This document shows, piece after piece, positions 18,185 to 27,109 of a DNA stretch of 64,000 nt. A program made the position numbers and the translations under genes. The DNA comes from Myxococcota bacterium (GTDB lineage Bacteria; Myxococcota_A; UBA9042; PHBI01; JAWLBL01), in the NCBI GenBank assembly GCA_041687695.1, contig JAWLBL010000016.1, positions 72,722 through 136,721 of the forward strand. The letters run 5' to 3'. The notes below the pieces were generated by a model. That model did not search any database. It was not told the DNA's origin and worked only from the letters and a program-made list of their open reading frames with translations. Numbering within the stretch: the first letter of the stretch is position 1; each line of letters begins with the position of its first letter.

Positions 18185-20250
18185 GCCGCCTCGCGCGCGT
18201 CGCGCTGCTGTCGCTGATGGGCCTGCTGGCGTCCGCCGCCCCCGCCCAGGCCTACGTCGTCCTCAAGCACTGGAACAGCGGCAACACCCAGAAGTGGTCC
18301 AAGGCGACCGTGACCTGGACGATGACGACCAGCACGCCCGCCGGACACGACCCGAACGCGCTGCAGCAGGCCCTCGCCGCGGCCTTCGCCAGCTGGCAGG
18401 CCGTCCCGTGCGCCACCATCGGCTTCACCTGGGGCGGCTTCAAGGCGGCCGACCCGGGCAACGGCATCCACTTCTACTTCCAGCAGACCACGTGGGACCC
18501 GGCCGTCGGCGACGCGCTGGCCTACTCGCAGTCGCAGAGCGACTGGTCCGGCACCATCACCTCCAACGACATCGTCTTCAACGCGGCCCAGCACCAGTGG
18601 TCGACGGCCGCCTTCGCGCCGCCCGGCTTCCAGGACGTCCAGGGCGTCGCCACCCACGAGATCGGGCACTCTCTGGGCCTCGACCACAGCCGGCACCGCC
18701 AGGCGACCATGTTCTTCTCGGGCGGCTCGGCGGACCTGCGCTCGCTCGAGCCCGACGACCAGAACGGCCTGTGTTTCCTGTACCCGAAGGTGACCTTCAC
18801 CCAGGGCGCGGCCTGCGACGCGTGCACCGCCGACAGCCACTGCAAGGCGGGGCCGTGCCTGAACTGGGGCGGCGGGCACACCTACTGTGGGCAGACGTGC
18901 ACATCGTCGTCGCAGTGCCCGTCGGGGTTTTCGTGCTGGCAACTCGAGAGCGGCGCGACGACCTGCCTGCCCGACAACGAGTTCTGCCACCAGGCGGGGC
19001 AGAACATCGCGATGGGCGACTATTGCTATGGCCACGAGACCTGCCAGGCCGGCCTGTTCTGCTTGCCGCTGACCGACGACGCGATGTGCACGCGCGAGTG
19101 CACGGCGGCCAAGCCGTGCCCCAGCGGTTTCGCCTGCACGGCCGGGATCTGCATGAAGGCGGGCTCCAAGCCGTACGGCGCGCCGTGCCAGGAGTCCAGC
19201 GAGTGCGCGACGGCCGCCTGCATCCAGTTCCAGAGCGGCGGCGTCTGCTCGAGCTACTGCGGCAAGAACGGAGGGAGCTGCCCGGCCGGTCACCAGTGCT
19301 ATCAGGACGTGGCGTGCGTGCCGCCGGGGCCCAGCCCGAACGGGACCAAGTGCCTCAGCCCCACCCAGTGCCAGGGCACCTGGTGCGAGGCGAACCTGTG
19401 CACGCAGCCCTGCGGCGTCGGCAGCCCGTGTCCGACTGGCACGACCTGCCAGGGCGGCTTCTGCGTGGGCGCGGCGACGGGTGGGCAGTGTCAGGACGGC
19501 GGCCAGTGCCCCGACGAGATGGTCTGCCAGAAGCTGGCCTCGGGCGTCACCGGCACCTGCGAGCGCGCGTGCAACCCGCTGCTGGCGGACAGCGGCTGCC
19601 CCGGTGGCCAGGTCTGCAAGTGGCGCTGGGAGGCGGGCACCCAGACCATCACCGGCACCTGCGTCCCGGCCATCGGCGGCAAACAGGTCGGTGAGGCCTG
19701 CGACGACGTGGCCGACCCGTGCGAGCTCGACCTCGTGTGCGTCGCCGGCACCTTCGACACGCCGACCTGCCACCGCGACTGCAAGATCCAGTCGAACAAC
19801 CTGGGCTGCGCGACCCTCGAGAAGTGCGTCTCGCTCGACGACCCCGGCGACCCCAAGCGCGGCCTGTGCATCGACCCCAACCCGCCCCAGCCCACGGCCG
19901 ACCCCGACCCGGCCGACGCCGGCCCGACCGCGCCCGACGTGGCCGTCGCGCCCGACGCCGCCCCCGCCCCCGACCCGGGGCCCGAGCCCGACACCGCGGC
20001 GGCCGACGACCTCGCCCAGGGCGCCGACGCCCCGCCCGCCGATGGCGCGCCCGCCGACGCGCTCGCCGACGCGCCGCCCCTCATCCCGGGCACGCAGCCC
20101 GGCTCGAGCGGGCCCAGCGGCTGCGCCGGCGGGGGCGGCGCGACCAGCGCCTGGGCGTGGTGCCTCGCGCTGCTGCTCGGGGCCGCGTCGCGCCGTCGCC
20201 GCTCGCCTCGTCCAGCCGCTTGTCGTCGCGCCCGCGCGCTTCTATGGTGA
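18181..20250 (+). CDS. Matrixin (M10) zinc metalloprotease with Cys-rich repeats and MYXO-CTERM-like tail
   Basis: HEIGHSLGLDHS plus Met-turn ATMF; many Cys repeats; Pro/Asp linker then GCAGGGG..WCLALLLG..RRRR. Confidence 0.9.
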   Translation: MSRLARVALLSLMGLLASAAPAQAYVVLKHWNSGNTQKWSKATVTWTMTTSTPAGHDPNALQQALAAAFASWQAVPCATIGFTWGGFKAADPGNGIHFYFQQTTWDPAVGDALAYSQSQSDWSGTITSNDIVFNAAQHQWSTAAFAPPGFQDVQGVATHEIGHSLGLDHSRHRQATMFFSGGSADLRSLEPDDQNGLCFLYPKVTFTQGAACDACTADSHCKAGPCLNWGGGHTYCGQTCTSSSQCPSGFSCWQLESGATTCLPDNEFCHQAGQNIAMGDYCYGHETCQAGLFCLPLTDDAMCTRECTAAKPCPSGFACTAGICMKAGSKPYGAPCQESSECATAACIQFQSGGVCSSYCGKNGGSCPAGHQCYQDVACVPPGPSPNGTKCLSPTQCQGTWCEANLCTQPCGVGSPCPTGTTCQGGFCVGAATGGQCQDGGQCPDEMVCQKLASGVTGTCERACNPLLADSGCPGGQVCKWRWEAGTQTITGTCVPAIGGKQVGEACDDVADPCELDLVCVAGTFDTPTCHRDCKIQSNNLGCATLEKCVSLDDPGDPKRGLCIDPNPPQPTADPDPADAGPTAPDVAVAPDAAPAPDPGPEPDTAAADDLAQGADAPPADGAPADALADAPPLIPGTQPGSSGPSGCAGGGGATSAWAWCLALLLGAASRRRRSPRPAACRRARALLW

Positions 20251-20255
20251 GCGCC

Positions 20256-20525
20256 ATGTCCGAAGCACGCGTCAAGCTGTACACGACCCGGGCCTGCTCC
20301 TACTGCGTCGCCGCCAAGCGGCTGCTGCAGCAGGACGACATCGCCTTCCAGGAGATCGACCTGACCACCCAGCACGAGCTGCGCGCCCAGCTGTCGCGCG
20401 AGCACCACTGGCGGACGGTCCCGATGATCTTCATCGACGACGAGTTCGTCGGCGGCTTCCAGGAGCTGGCCAGGCGCCGCAGCGAGGGCGGGCTGAAGGA
20501 CCTGCAGCCCTCGTCGCAGGGCTGA
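20256..20525 (+). CDS. Glutaredoxin (GrxC-like)
   Basis: LYTTRACSYC, RTVPMIFI, VGGF. Confidence 0.92.
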   Translation: MSEARVKLYTTRACSYCVAAKRLLQQDDIAFQEIDLTTQHELRAQLSREHHWRTVPMIFIDDEFVGGFQELARRRSEGGLKDLQPSSQG

Positions 20526-20554
20526 AGCACCTGCAGCCCTCGTCGCAGGGCTGA
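20490..20554. repeat. 29-bp tandem palindromic repeat spanning the glutaredoxin stop
   Basis: GGGCTGAAG(G/C)ACCTGCAGCCCTCGTCGCA x2 plus GGGCTGA; forms CAGCCCT-N6-AGGGCTG hairpins. Confidence 0.8.
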
Positions 20555-20627
20555 GCGGCCTCGGATCTGGCCCTCGACCCCTGGCCGGCCGGCGTGGCCG
20601 GGGCTCTGACACCTGACCCCCCAAACG

Positions 20628-20660
20628 AAAAAAGGGGCACGCTCGAGAGCGCGCCCCTTT
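20628..20660 (-). terminator. Intrinsic terminator (possibly bidirectional)
   Basis: AAAGGGGC..GCCCCTTT hairpin with a T6 tract on the minus strand, between convergent genes. Confidence 0.8.
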
Positions 20661-20697
20661 GTCCGGGCCGGGTGACGGTGTCAGCCGTCCGAGCGGA

Positions 20698-21936
20698 TCA
20701 CTTGCCGCCGGGGCGCGGCGGGGCCGTGCGGCGCTCGGGCGTCGCGGCCGCGGGGCGCGGCGGCGAGGTCGGGCGCGCGCCCACGTCGAGGCCACCGCCG
20801 GGCGCCACCGGGGACGCCTCGTCACCCTTGGACGCCTTTCGGAGGCGGATGGTGGCCGCCTCGTCCGTCGCGGGCTTGGCCTCGGGAGCCGGCGCCGCCG
20901 CGGGCTTGGCCTCGGGAGCCGCCGCCGCCGCGGGCTTGGCCTCGGGAGCCGCCGCCACGGGCTGGATCTCGGGGGCCGGCGCCTGGGCCGGCTCGGGCTG
21001 AGGCTCGACCGGGGTCTCCGCCTCTACGGCCTCGGCCAGCTCGGTCGCCTCGTCCTCGCCCTCGACGTCCTCGTCGTCCGGCTGGCCCACGCCCGTCAGA
21101 TCGATGGGAGGCATGTCCAGGACGGTGAACGTCGGCTGATCGGGCCGCAGGGCCTGCCGCTTGGGCGACTTGTCGGCCATCTTGTAGGGCGGCGCCTCGC
21201 CGTGCTTGAGGACGTAGTTCTCGTCGGTAAGCAGATCGAGCTGCAGCTGCGTGATGATGTAGGCGCGGCGGCTGTGCTCGGCGCGCTGCGCGGTCTTGCG
21301 CAGCTCGACCTCGCGGACGATCACCTCGCGCTTGAGCCGCTCGAGCCGCTTTTCGAAGCGCTCGACCGTCTCCTGCGCCTTGGCCAGCTCGCGCTCGAGG
21401 CGGGCGGCGGTGGCCTTGGCCTCGCGGGCGGACTCGCCCTGGGCGCGGTCGGGCTCGGGCGCGGGCTCCGGTCGCGGTGCCGGGGTGGCGGCCTGCGCGG
21501 TGGCCGCGGCCTTGAGGGCCTCGAGCTCGGCCGCGGTCTGCCCAAGCTCCTTGAGCTTGGCCTTGGCGGCGGCCAGCTCCTGGCGCGTCTCCTCGCGGTC
21601 GATGCGCACGCGGTTGAGGTCGCTCGACAGCTCCTGGCGAACCTCCTCGGACTTGCGCAGGTCCGCGCGCAGGGTCTGGAGCTCGTTGGCGAGCTGCGCG
21701 TTGCGCTGCTTCTGGCCCTTCGCGCTCGTGTCCTTGGTCGAGGCCTCCTGGGCCTTCTGCGAGTACTTCTGGGCCTGATCCTCGAGCTGCGTCTGCAGCT
21801 TCTTGTTGTCGCGCTGCAGCGTCGTCAGCTGCTCGCGCGCCTGATTGTTCGAGGTCACGAGCTCGGCGTGGCGGATCCACAGGACCACCAGCGCGACGAA
21901 GAGCACGAGGGCGACCGCGCCAACTGCTATCGACAT
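20698..21936 (-). CDS. Membrane-anchored long coiled-coil protein with acidic/Ala-Pro tail
   Basis: N-terminal TM segment (VGAVALVLFVALVVLW), heptad-rich E/K/L/Q body, and 3x30-bp APEAKPAAAA repeat (20869-20956). Confidence 0.75.
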   Translation of the reverse strand: MSIAVGAVALVLFVALVVLWIRHAELVTSNNQAREQLTTLQRDNKKLQTQLEDQAQKYSQKAQEASTKDTSAKGQKQRNAQLANELQTLRADLRKSEEVRQELSSDLNRVRIDREETRQELAAAKAKLKELGQTAAELEALKAAATAQAATPAPRPEPAPEPDRAQGESAREAKATAARLERELAKAQETVERFEKRLERLKREVIVREVELRKTAQRAEHSRRAYIITQLQLDLLTDENYVLKHGEAPPYKMADKSPKRQALRPDQPTFTVLDMPPIDLTGVGQPDDEDVEGEDEATELAEAVEAETPVEPQPEPAQAPAPEIQPVAAAPEAKPAAAAAPEAKPAAAPAPEAKPATDEAATIRLRKASKGDEASPVAPGGGLDVGARPTSPPRPAAATPERRTAPPRPGGK

Positions 21937-22236
21937 GAGATCATCGTCCCTTGCACGACGGGTCAGGGGAGGGGACCACGGGTCCCGGCGGCGTGCCCCC
22001 CGCAAAGGCGCGCCGCGCTGCCCCCGGGACACCCGGGAGCGAAAGGCGCGGGACATTAGCTCATCGCAAGCCCGTTGCCCAGCCGGACCGACCGGCGACG
22101 GCACAACATGCGCTGGGGCCTCGAACCTTCCCGCAGCGGCGCCGGGCCGCTCCCCCGGACGGGGGATGTTGCGTCTTCGCCGCGCCGGGTTACGCTCGAC
22201 CTGAACCGCTCGTGATCGGGGACGCGCGCCGTGAGA

Positions 22237-23172
22237 ATGTTTCCCAAGCCCATCGTGCTGACCGAGGCCCGTGAAGGCGCCGAGCTGAGGCTGCTCGGCA
22301 GCACCGACCAGGAGGCCCTGCTCGAGTCCGGCGAGGCCGGCCTGCCGCCCGGGACGCCGCTGGTCCTGACCGCGCCCGACGGCCGCTTCGGTCAGGTCGA
22401 GCTGTACGCCCAGGTGGTGGGTCCCGCTCGGGTCCCCGTCGGCCCGGCCCGCGGCGCCGGCGCGACGCGCGTGCGCTGGATCCTGGTGTCGTCGCCGCGC
22501 CGCCGCGACCACCTGGCGCGGGCGCTGAGCGACGTCCTCGGCCTGCAGACCGAGGTGACCAACGAGGACCCGGACCTGCCCGTCGGCCGCAAGCTCATCT
22601 TCGAGGTCGCGTCCTGCAAGCTGCGCCTCATCCGCCTCGAGACGCAGCCCGCGCCCAGCCTGAGCGCTCCACCGACGGACCTCGCCCCGGCGCCGGCGCG
22701 CCCCGCCGGCGAGCGCGGCCTGCGCGTCGACCCGCGCGAGCTCGCCCGCGTCCGCGTCGTCGGCCACGCCGGCCAGAAGGCCGACGCGGACACGCTGCTG
22801 GGCCGCCGCACCCTCGGCCGCCGCGAGCCCCGTCCGCTGCCGGTCTTCCGCCGCGCCGAGGCGCGCGGGACCTGGAGCGCGCTCGGCGCCCCGCCGCAGC
22901 CGATGGCGTGCGGCTGGATCGGCCTGTCCCATTGTGTGTTCGTCATCCCGACGCTGGCCGGGCCCGAGCTGGGGGCCGTCATCGACGCCGACATCCCCCT
23001 CGATCCCATCGGACCGGGCGCCGTCCGCGTGTCCGGCCCGGTCTCGATGTTGCGCATCGACGAGAGCGTCGAGCGCGTCGTCGTGGAGCTGGATCTCCAG
23101 GGGCAGCCGGACCTGCCCGAGCCCTACCGCCAGCTCGTCACCTACTGGGAGCTCCAGAACCTCGGCGCCTGA
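22237..23172 (+). CDS. Hypothetical protein, possible degenerate PilZ-like domains
   Basis: Typical codon usage; RREPR (RxxxR) followed by a beta-rich segment; the D/NxSxxG motif is not conserved. Confidence 0.55.
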   Translation: MFPKPIVLTEAREGAELRLLGSTDQEALLESGEAGLPPGTPLVLTAPDGRFGQVELYAQVVGPARVPVGPARGAGATRVRWILVSSPRRRDHLARALSDVLGLQTEVTNEDPDLPVGRKLIFEVASCKLRLIRLETQPAPSLSAPPTDLAPAPARPAGERGLRVDPRELARVRVVGHAGQKADADTLLGRRTLGRREPRPLPVFRRAEARGTWSALGAPPQPMACGWIGLSHCVFVIPTLAGPELGAVIDADIPLDPIGPGAVRVSGPVSMLRIDESVERVVVELDLQGQPDLPEPYRQLVTYWELQNLGA

Positions 23173-23278
23173 CCTTCGGCGAGGGCGCGCGGCCTCGTCA
23201 CACGCCGTCGCTCGACCTCCGGACTGCACCAGCTCGCGCGTGCTCCGGCCTGAGGCAGCTCGCTGCGCCCGCGGCCGC

Positions 23279-24472
23279 TCAGCGATCGGGCGTGTAGACC
23301 CAGGCCTCCCAGAGCTCGAGCTCCTCGCCCCAGGTCTTGCCCGAGATCTCCTGCAGCGACCACAGCGCCATCTCGCGCACCTCACGCTCGGGTCGTCGCA
23401 GCGCGCCCAGCAGCGCTTCGCCGGCCGAGATGTCCCGGATGCGCCCGAGCGCCTCGGCCGCCCAGCGCGCCACCCGCGGCGCCTCGTCCTTGAGGTACGG
23501 CTTGAGCGCGGCCACGGCCGACGGTGAGCCGATGGAGCCCAGCGCCCAGAACACCTGCTGGAGCAGGCTCACGTCGGTCGTGCCCTCCTTGAGGATCCGG
23601 ACCAACCCCGGCACGGCGTCGCTGCTGCCGATCTCGCCCAGCGCCGCCGCCACCGTCGTCGCCATCTCGGGCCGCGGCAACAGGTTCAGCAGCGGCGCCA
23701 CGGCGCGCCGGTCGCGCTGCTTGCCCAGCGCCTCGGTCGCCGCCCAGACCAGCGCGTGCTCGGCCTCGCCCAGGACCTCGACCAGCGGCGGCACGGCGTC
23801 CGGGTGCTTCAGCCCGCCCAGCGCCTCGGCGCACGCGAGGCGCCCGGGCCGCGACGTCTTCGGGTCGCGCAGCGCCTTGGCCAACGCGGGCACCACCTCG
23901 GCCTCGCCGATGGCGGCCAGCGCCCGCGCCGCGCTCGCCTGGACCATCGGGTTGAAGTGCCGCAGCGCCCGCATCAGCGGGTCCATCGCGCCCGGCTCGC
24001 GGCTGCGCCCGAGCGCCGTCGCCGCCAGCATCGCGTCTCCCACGCTCTTGCCGCCCAGCAGATTGGCCAGCGCCGGCAGCGCCCCCTCGGCGCGCAGCTC
24101 GCCCGCAGCCATGATGGCCGCCCCGCGCGCGTCGGGGTCCGAGTCCTTCAGCATCGCCAGCGCCGCCTGCCCAGCCGGCTCGTGACGCAGCTCGGCCAGG
24201 GCGGTGATGGCCGCCGCCCGCACCCGCGCGTCCTTGTGGGTCACCTGCTTCATCAGCTCGGCCGCCGCCCCCGGGCCCAGCGCGACCACCTCGGCCGTCG
24301 CCTTGCACCGCGTCGGGTACGGCAGCTTGCAGTCCTTGGCGCCGGCGAGCTTCGCCCGGACCGTGGCCGCCGGCACCGCCTTGACGGCAGAGGTCCGCGC
24401 CGCGGGCCGCGCCAACGCCGGACCGGACGCGGACAAAAGGATCGCCGACAAGAACCAACCGTGGATTCGCAT
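23279..24472 (-). CDS. Exported HEAT/PBS-lyase repeat protein
   Basis: Signal peptide; repeated 'L...L.D....VR..AA.ALG.I' units. Confidence 0.85.
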   Translation of the reverse strand: MRIHGWFLSAILLSASGPALARPAARTSAVKAVPAATVRAKLAGAKDCKLPYPTRCKATAEVVALGPGAAAELMKQVTHKDARVRAAAITALAELRHEPAGQAALAMLKDSDPDARGAAIMAAGELRAEGALPALANLLGGKSVGDAMLAATALGRSREPGAMDPLMRALRHFNPMVQASAARALAAIGEAEVVPALAKALRDPKTSRPGRLACAEALGGLKHPDAVPPLVEVLGEAEHALVWAATEALGKQRDRRAVAPLLNLLPRPEMATTVAAALGEIGSSDAVPGLVRILKEGTTDVSLLQQVFWALGSIGSPSAVAALKPYLKDEAPRVARWAAEALGRIRDISAGEALLGALRRPEREVREMALWSLQEISGKTWGEELELWEAWVYTPDR

Positions 24473-24581
24473 GCTTGCCCCCGAGTCGCAGCCGTTGGCA
24501 TTGTCCGGGGGCCGCCCCGACGCGTCAAGCGCGCCCCACGAGGACGGCGTAGCCGCCGCCCCCGCTCGCCACCGAGGTCTC

Positions 24582-25199
24582 ATGGGTCCGTCCCTGCCGT
24601 GCGCCGCGCTCCTGCTCGCCCTCGCCGCCTGCCACGGCGACCCCGGCGCGGACCCGGTCGAGGTCGCGCCGGCCGACGGCGCGCTGGAGGTCGCCACCCC
24701 AGACGGCGGCGCCGGACCCTCGCCGGCGGGCGGCGCCCTGTGGGTCGAGGACGCGGACGGGGTCACGGCCGGCGTGCTGGTCCGGCGCGGCGGCGACGAC
24801 GCTGCGGCGGGCCGGGTCATCTACGACCTGGTCACCGTCTTCCACCCGGACAGCGGCCTGTTCTTCGACCTCACGATGGCCGACGGCGTGGTCCGCTACC
24901 CGGCGACCACCTTCTTCAACGGCTCGGGCTGCGGTCAGCCGGTCGGCGTCACCGCCGGCGGCTGCTCCGAGTGTCGGTCCGCCTTCGGCCTGGCCTTCCT
25001 GCACGACGGCGCCTGGTGGCGGGTCGAGGGCGGCGCGACGTCGCAGCAGCGCGCCAACGGCTCGAGCCGCGGCCCCGGCGTGGCGAGCCCCTGCGTCGCC
25101 CACGGCAGCGCCAACACCAAGGTGTTCCCGGTCGAGGCGGTGACCGGCCCGGCCCCGCCGACCACCTTCGCGGCGCCGTTCCGCTTTTCCTGGCGCTGA
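24582..25199 (+). CDS. Hypothetical lipoprotein
   Basis: GAGG RBS; lipobox LALAAC. Confidence 0.7.
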   Translation: MGPSLPCAALLLALAACHGDPGADPVEVAPADGALEVATPDGGAGPSPAGGALWVEDADGVTAGVLVRRGGDDAAAGRVIYDLVTVFHPDSGLFFDLTMADGVVRYPATTFFNGSGCGQPVGVTAGGCSECRSAFGLAFLHDGAWWRVEGGATSQQRANGSSRGPGVASPCVAHGSANTKVFPVEAVTGPAPPTTFAAPFRFSWR

Positions 25200-25265
25200 C
25201 CGAGGCGCTGTGATCTGCTCGCGGCCGCCCCCACCTGGTAGCCACCACGCCGCACGAGGTCCCCG

Positions 25266-25700
25266 ATGGGTTGGGTGAAGGCGCTGCACCTGTTCGCGAT
25301 GATCCTCTGGGTCTCCGGCGTGCTCATCCTGACGCGCGTCCTGGCGGTCCACGTGCAGGAGACCGTCGACGTGCAGCGGCGCCTCGCCTGGCTCGAGGGG
25401 CGCCTGTACTGGGCCACCGCCTTTTCGGGCATGCTGCTCACCTGGGTGTTCGGGCTCGTGCTGCTGGCCCGCAACCCCGCCGTCCTGGACGCTGGCGTCT
25501 ATGGCCCGGCTTTCCACGTGAAGCTGGCCCTGGTGGTCCTGCTCAGCGGCGCCACCGGCGCGATGCGCAAGCGCATGCGCAAGCTGGCCGCCGACCCCGG
25601 CACCCACCACGCGCCGGGACCGTTCAAGGCGCTCCACATCGTCTCGGCGCTGTCCGTGCTCGGCATCCTGCTGGCCCTGTACGGGTTCGGACCCTGGTGA
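25266..25700 (+). CDS. hemJ: Protoporphyrinogen IX oxidase HemJ / CopD-family membrane protein
   Basis: WVKALHLFAMILWVSG, ..RLY.., FHVKLALVVLL; 4 TM segments. Confidence 0.72.
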   Translation: MGWVKALHLFAMILWVSGVLILTRVLAVHVQETVDVQRRLAWLEGRLYWATAFSGMLLTWVFGLVLLARNPAVLDAGVYGPAFHVKLALVVLLSGATGAMRKRMRKLAADPGTHHAPGPFKALHIVSALSVLGILLALYGFGPW

Positions 25701-26965
25701 CCACGACGAGGACCCCCGTGACCGCCACCCGCCGCCTGTACTGGCACGACCCGCTGCTGTTGACCTTCGAGGCCGAGGTGACCCAGGCCGCCGCGCTCGG
25801 CGGACGGCCGGCGCTGGTCTTCGCCGAGACCGCCTTCTACCCCGAGGCCGGCGGCCAGATGGCCGACCGCGGCGTGGCCCGCTGGCTGGACCGCGACGGC
25901 CGCCCCGTCTCGGCCGCCGTCGTGGACGCCCAGGCCGACGCCGAGGGCCGCGTGCTGCACGCCCTCGAGCTGCCCGACGGCGTGAGCCCGCCGGCGGTCG
26001 GGGTCGCCGTCGACGTCTCCGTCGACGAGGCGCGCCGCCGCCAGCACATGAGCCTGCACACCGGGCAGCACATGCTCTCGCGCGCGCTGCTCGACGTCGC
26101 CGGGGCGCCTACCGTGTCGAGCCGCCTGGGCGAGTCGATCTGCACCATCGACACGCCCCATGGCGTCCTGTCCGACGAGGCCCTGGCCGACGTCGAGGCG
26201 CTGGTCGGCCGCGTCGTGCTCGAGGACCGGCTGGTGACCGCCCTGTACCCCGACCCCGACACCCTGGCGCGCCTGCCGCTTCGGCGCGATCCCAAGGTCA
26301 CCGAGTCGGTGCGCGTCATCGAGATCGCCGGCTTCGACCTGTCGCCGTGCGGCGGGACCCACGCGCAGCGCACGGGGCAGGTGGGGCCGGTGCACGTCAC
26401 GGCGGTCGAGCGCTACAAGGGCGGGCTGCGCCTGTCGTTCCACGCCGGGCGGCGGGCGCTCGAGGACTACGCGACCAAGGACCGCGCGGTGCGGGCGCTG
26501 GGGCGGCGCTTGAGCTGTGGGGTCGACGGGCTGGTGCCGGGCGTCGAGCGGCTCGAGGCCGATCTGGTGGCGGAGCGGCGCGAGGTGGGTGCGCTGCGTC
26601 AAAGGTTGGCGGCCCACCTGGCGGCGGCGCTGGTCGCGGCGGCGCCGGCGCGCGCGGACGGGGCGCGGATCGCGATCGCGGCGCTGCCGGGCGAGCCGGT
26701 CGAGGTGCTGCGCGCCGTCGCCGAGCGCGCGATCGAGGCGCGGTCGGTGGTCGTCGTAACCGCACCTGCCGGCGACACGGCGGCGATCGTGGTGCAGTGC
26801 AGTGCCGGGGTCGGCGTGGACGCGGGGCAGGTGATGAAGCGGCTGGCGCAGGCCACGGGCGGGCGCGGCGGCGGTCGGCCGGAGCGCGCCGAGGGGCGGC
26901 TGCCGGCGGGCGAAGCGCTCGAGGCGGCGCTGCAGGAGCTTCGGGGCGCCCTGCTGGCGGGGTGA
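25697..26965 (+). CDS. AlaX-type alanyl-tRNA editing protein with DHHA1 domain
   Basis: TRRLYW, TAFYPEAGGQMADRG, HTGQHMLS (HxxxH), CGGTH (CxxxH), GGRGGGRP. Confidence 0.9.
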   Translation: MTTTRTPVTATRRLYWHDPLLLTFEAEVTQAAALGGRPALVFAETAFYPEAGGQMADRGVARWLDRDGRPVSAAVVDAQADAEGRVLHALELPDGVSPPAVGVAVDVSVDEARRRQHMSLHTGQHMLSRALLDVAGAPTVSSRLGESICTIDTPHGVLSDEALADVEALVGRVVLEDRLVTALYPDPDTLARLPLRRDPKVTESVRVIEIAGFDLSPCGGTHAQRTGQVGPVHVTAVERYKGGLRLSFHAGRRALEDYATKDRAVRALGRRLSCGVDGLVPGVERLEADLVAERREVGALRQRLAAHLAAALVAAAPARADGARIAIAALPGEPVEVLRAVAERAIEARSVVVVTAPAGDTAAIVVQCSAGVGVDAGQVMKRLAQATGGRGGGRPERAEGRLPAGEALEAALQELRGALLAG

Positions 26966-27109
26966 GGCGGCCGGATCGGGCGCTCGACGCGAGGCGCCTG
27001 GGGTGACGCTGGGCCGTCCTTCGTGTTACAGCCTGCGGGAGAGCGGAGCTCCGGGGGGACTCCGCGCGTCCGGCCCTTCGTTGGGCACGCCTCCATACGC
27101 ACGCTGAAC

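Noticed and set aside
20869..20956. 30-bp triple repeat (and the 18-bp repeat at about 1018-1053)
   Set aside because: In-frame low-complexity linker repeats (APEAKPAAAA; PPQEPA) inside proteins.
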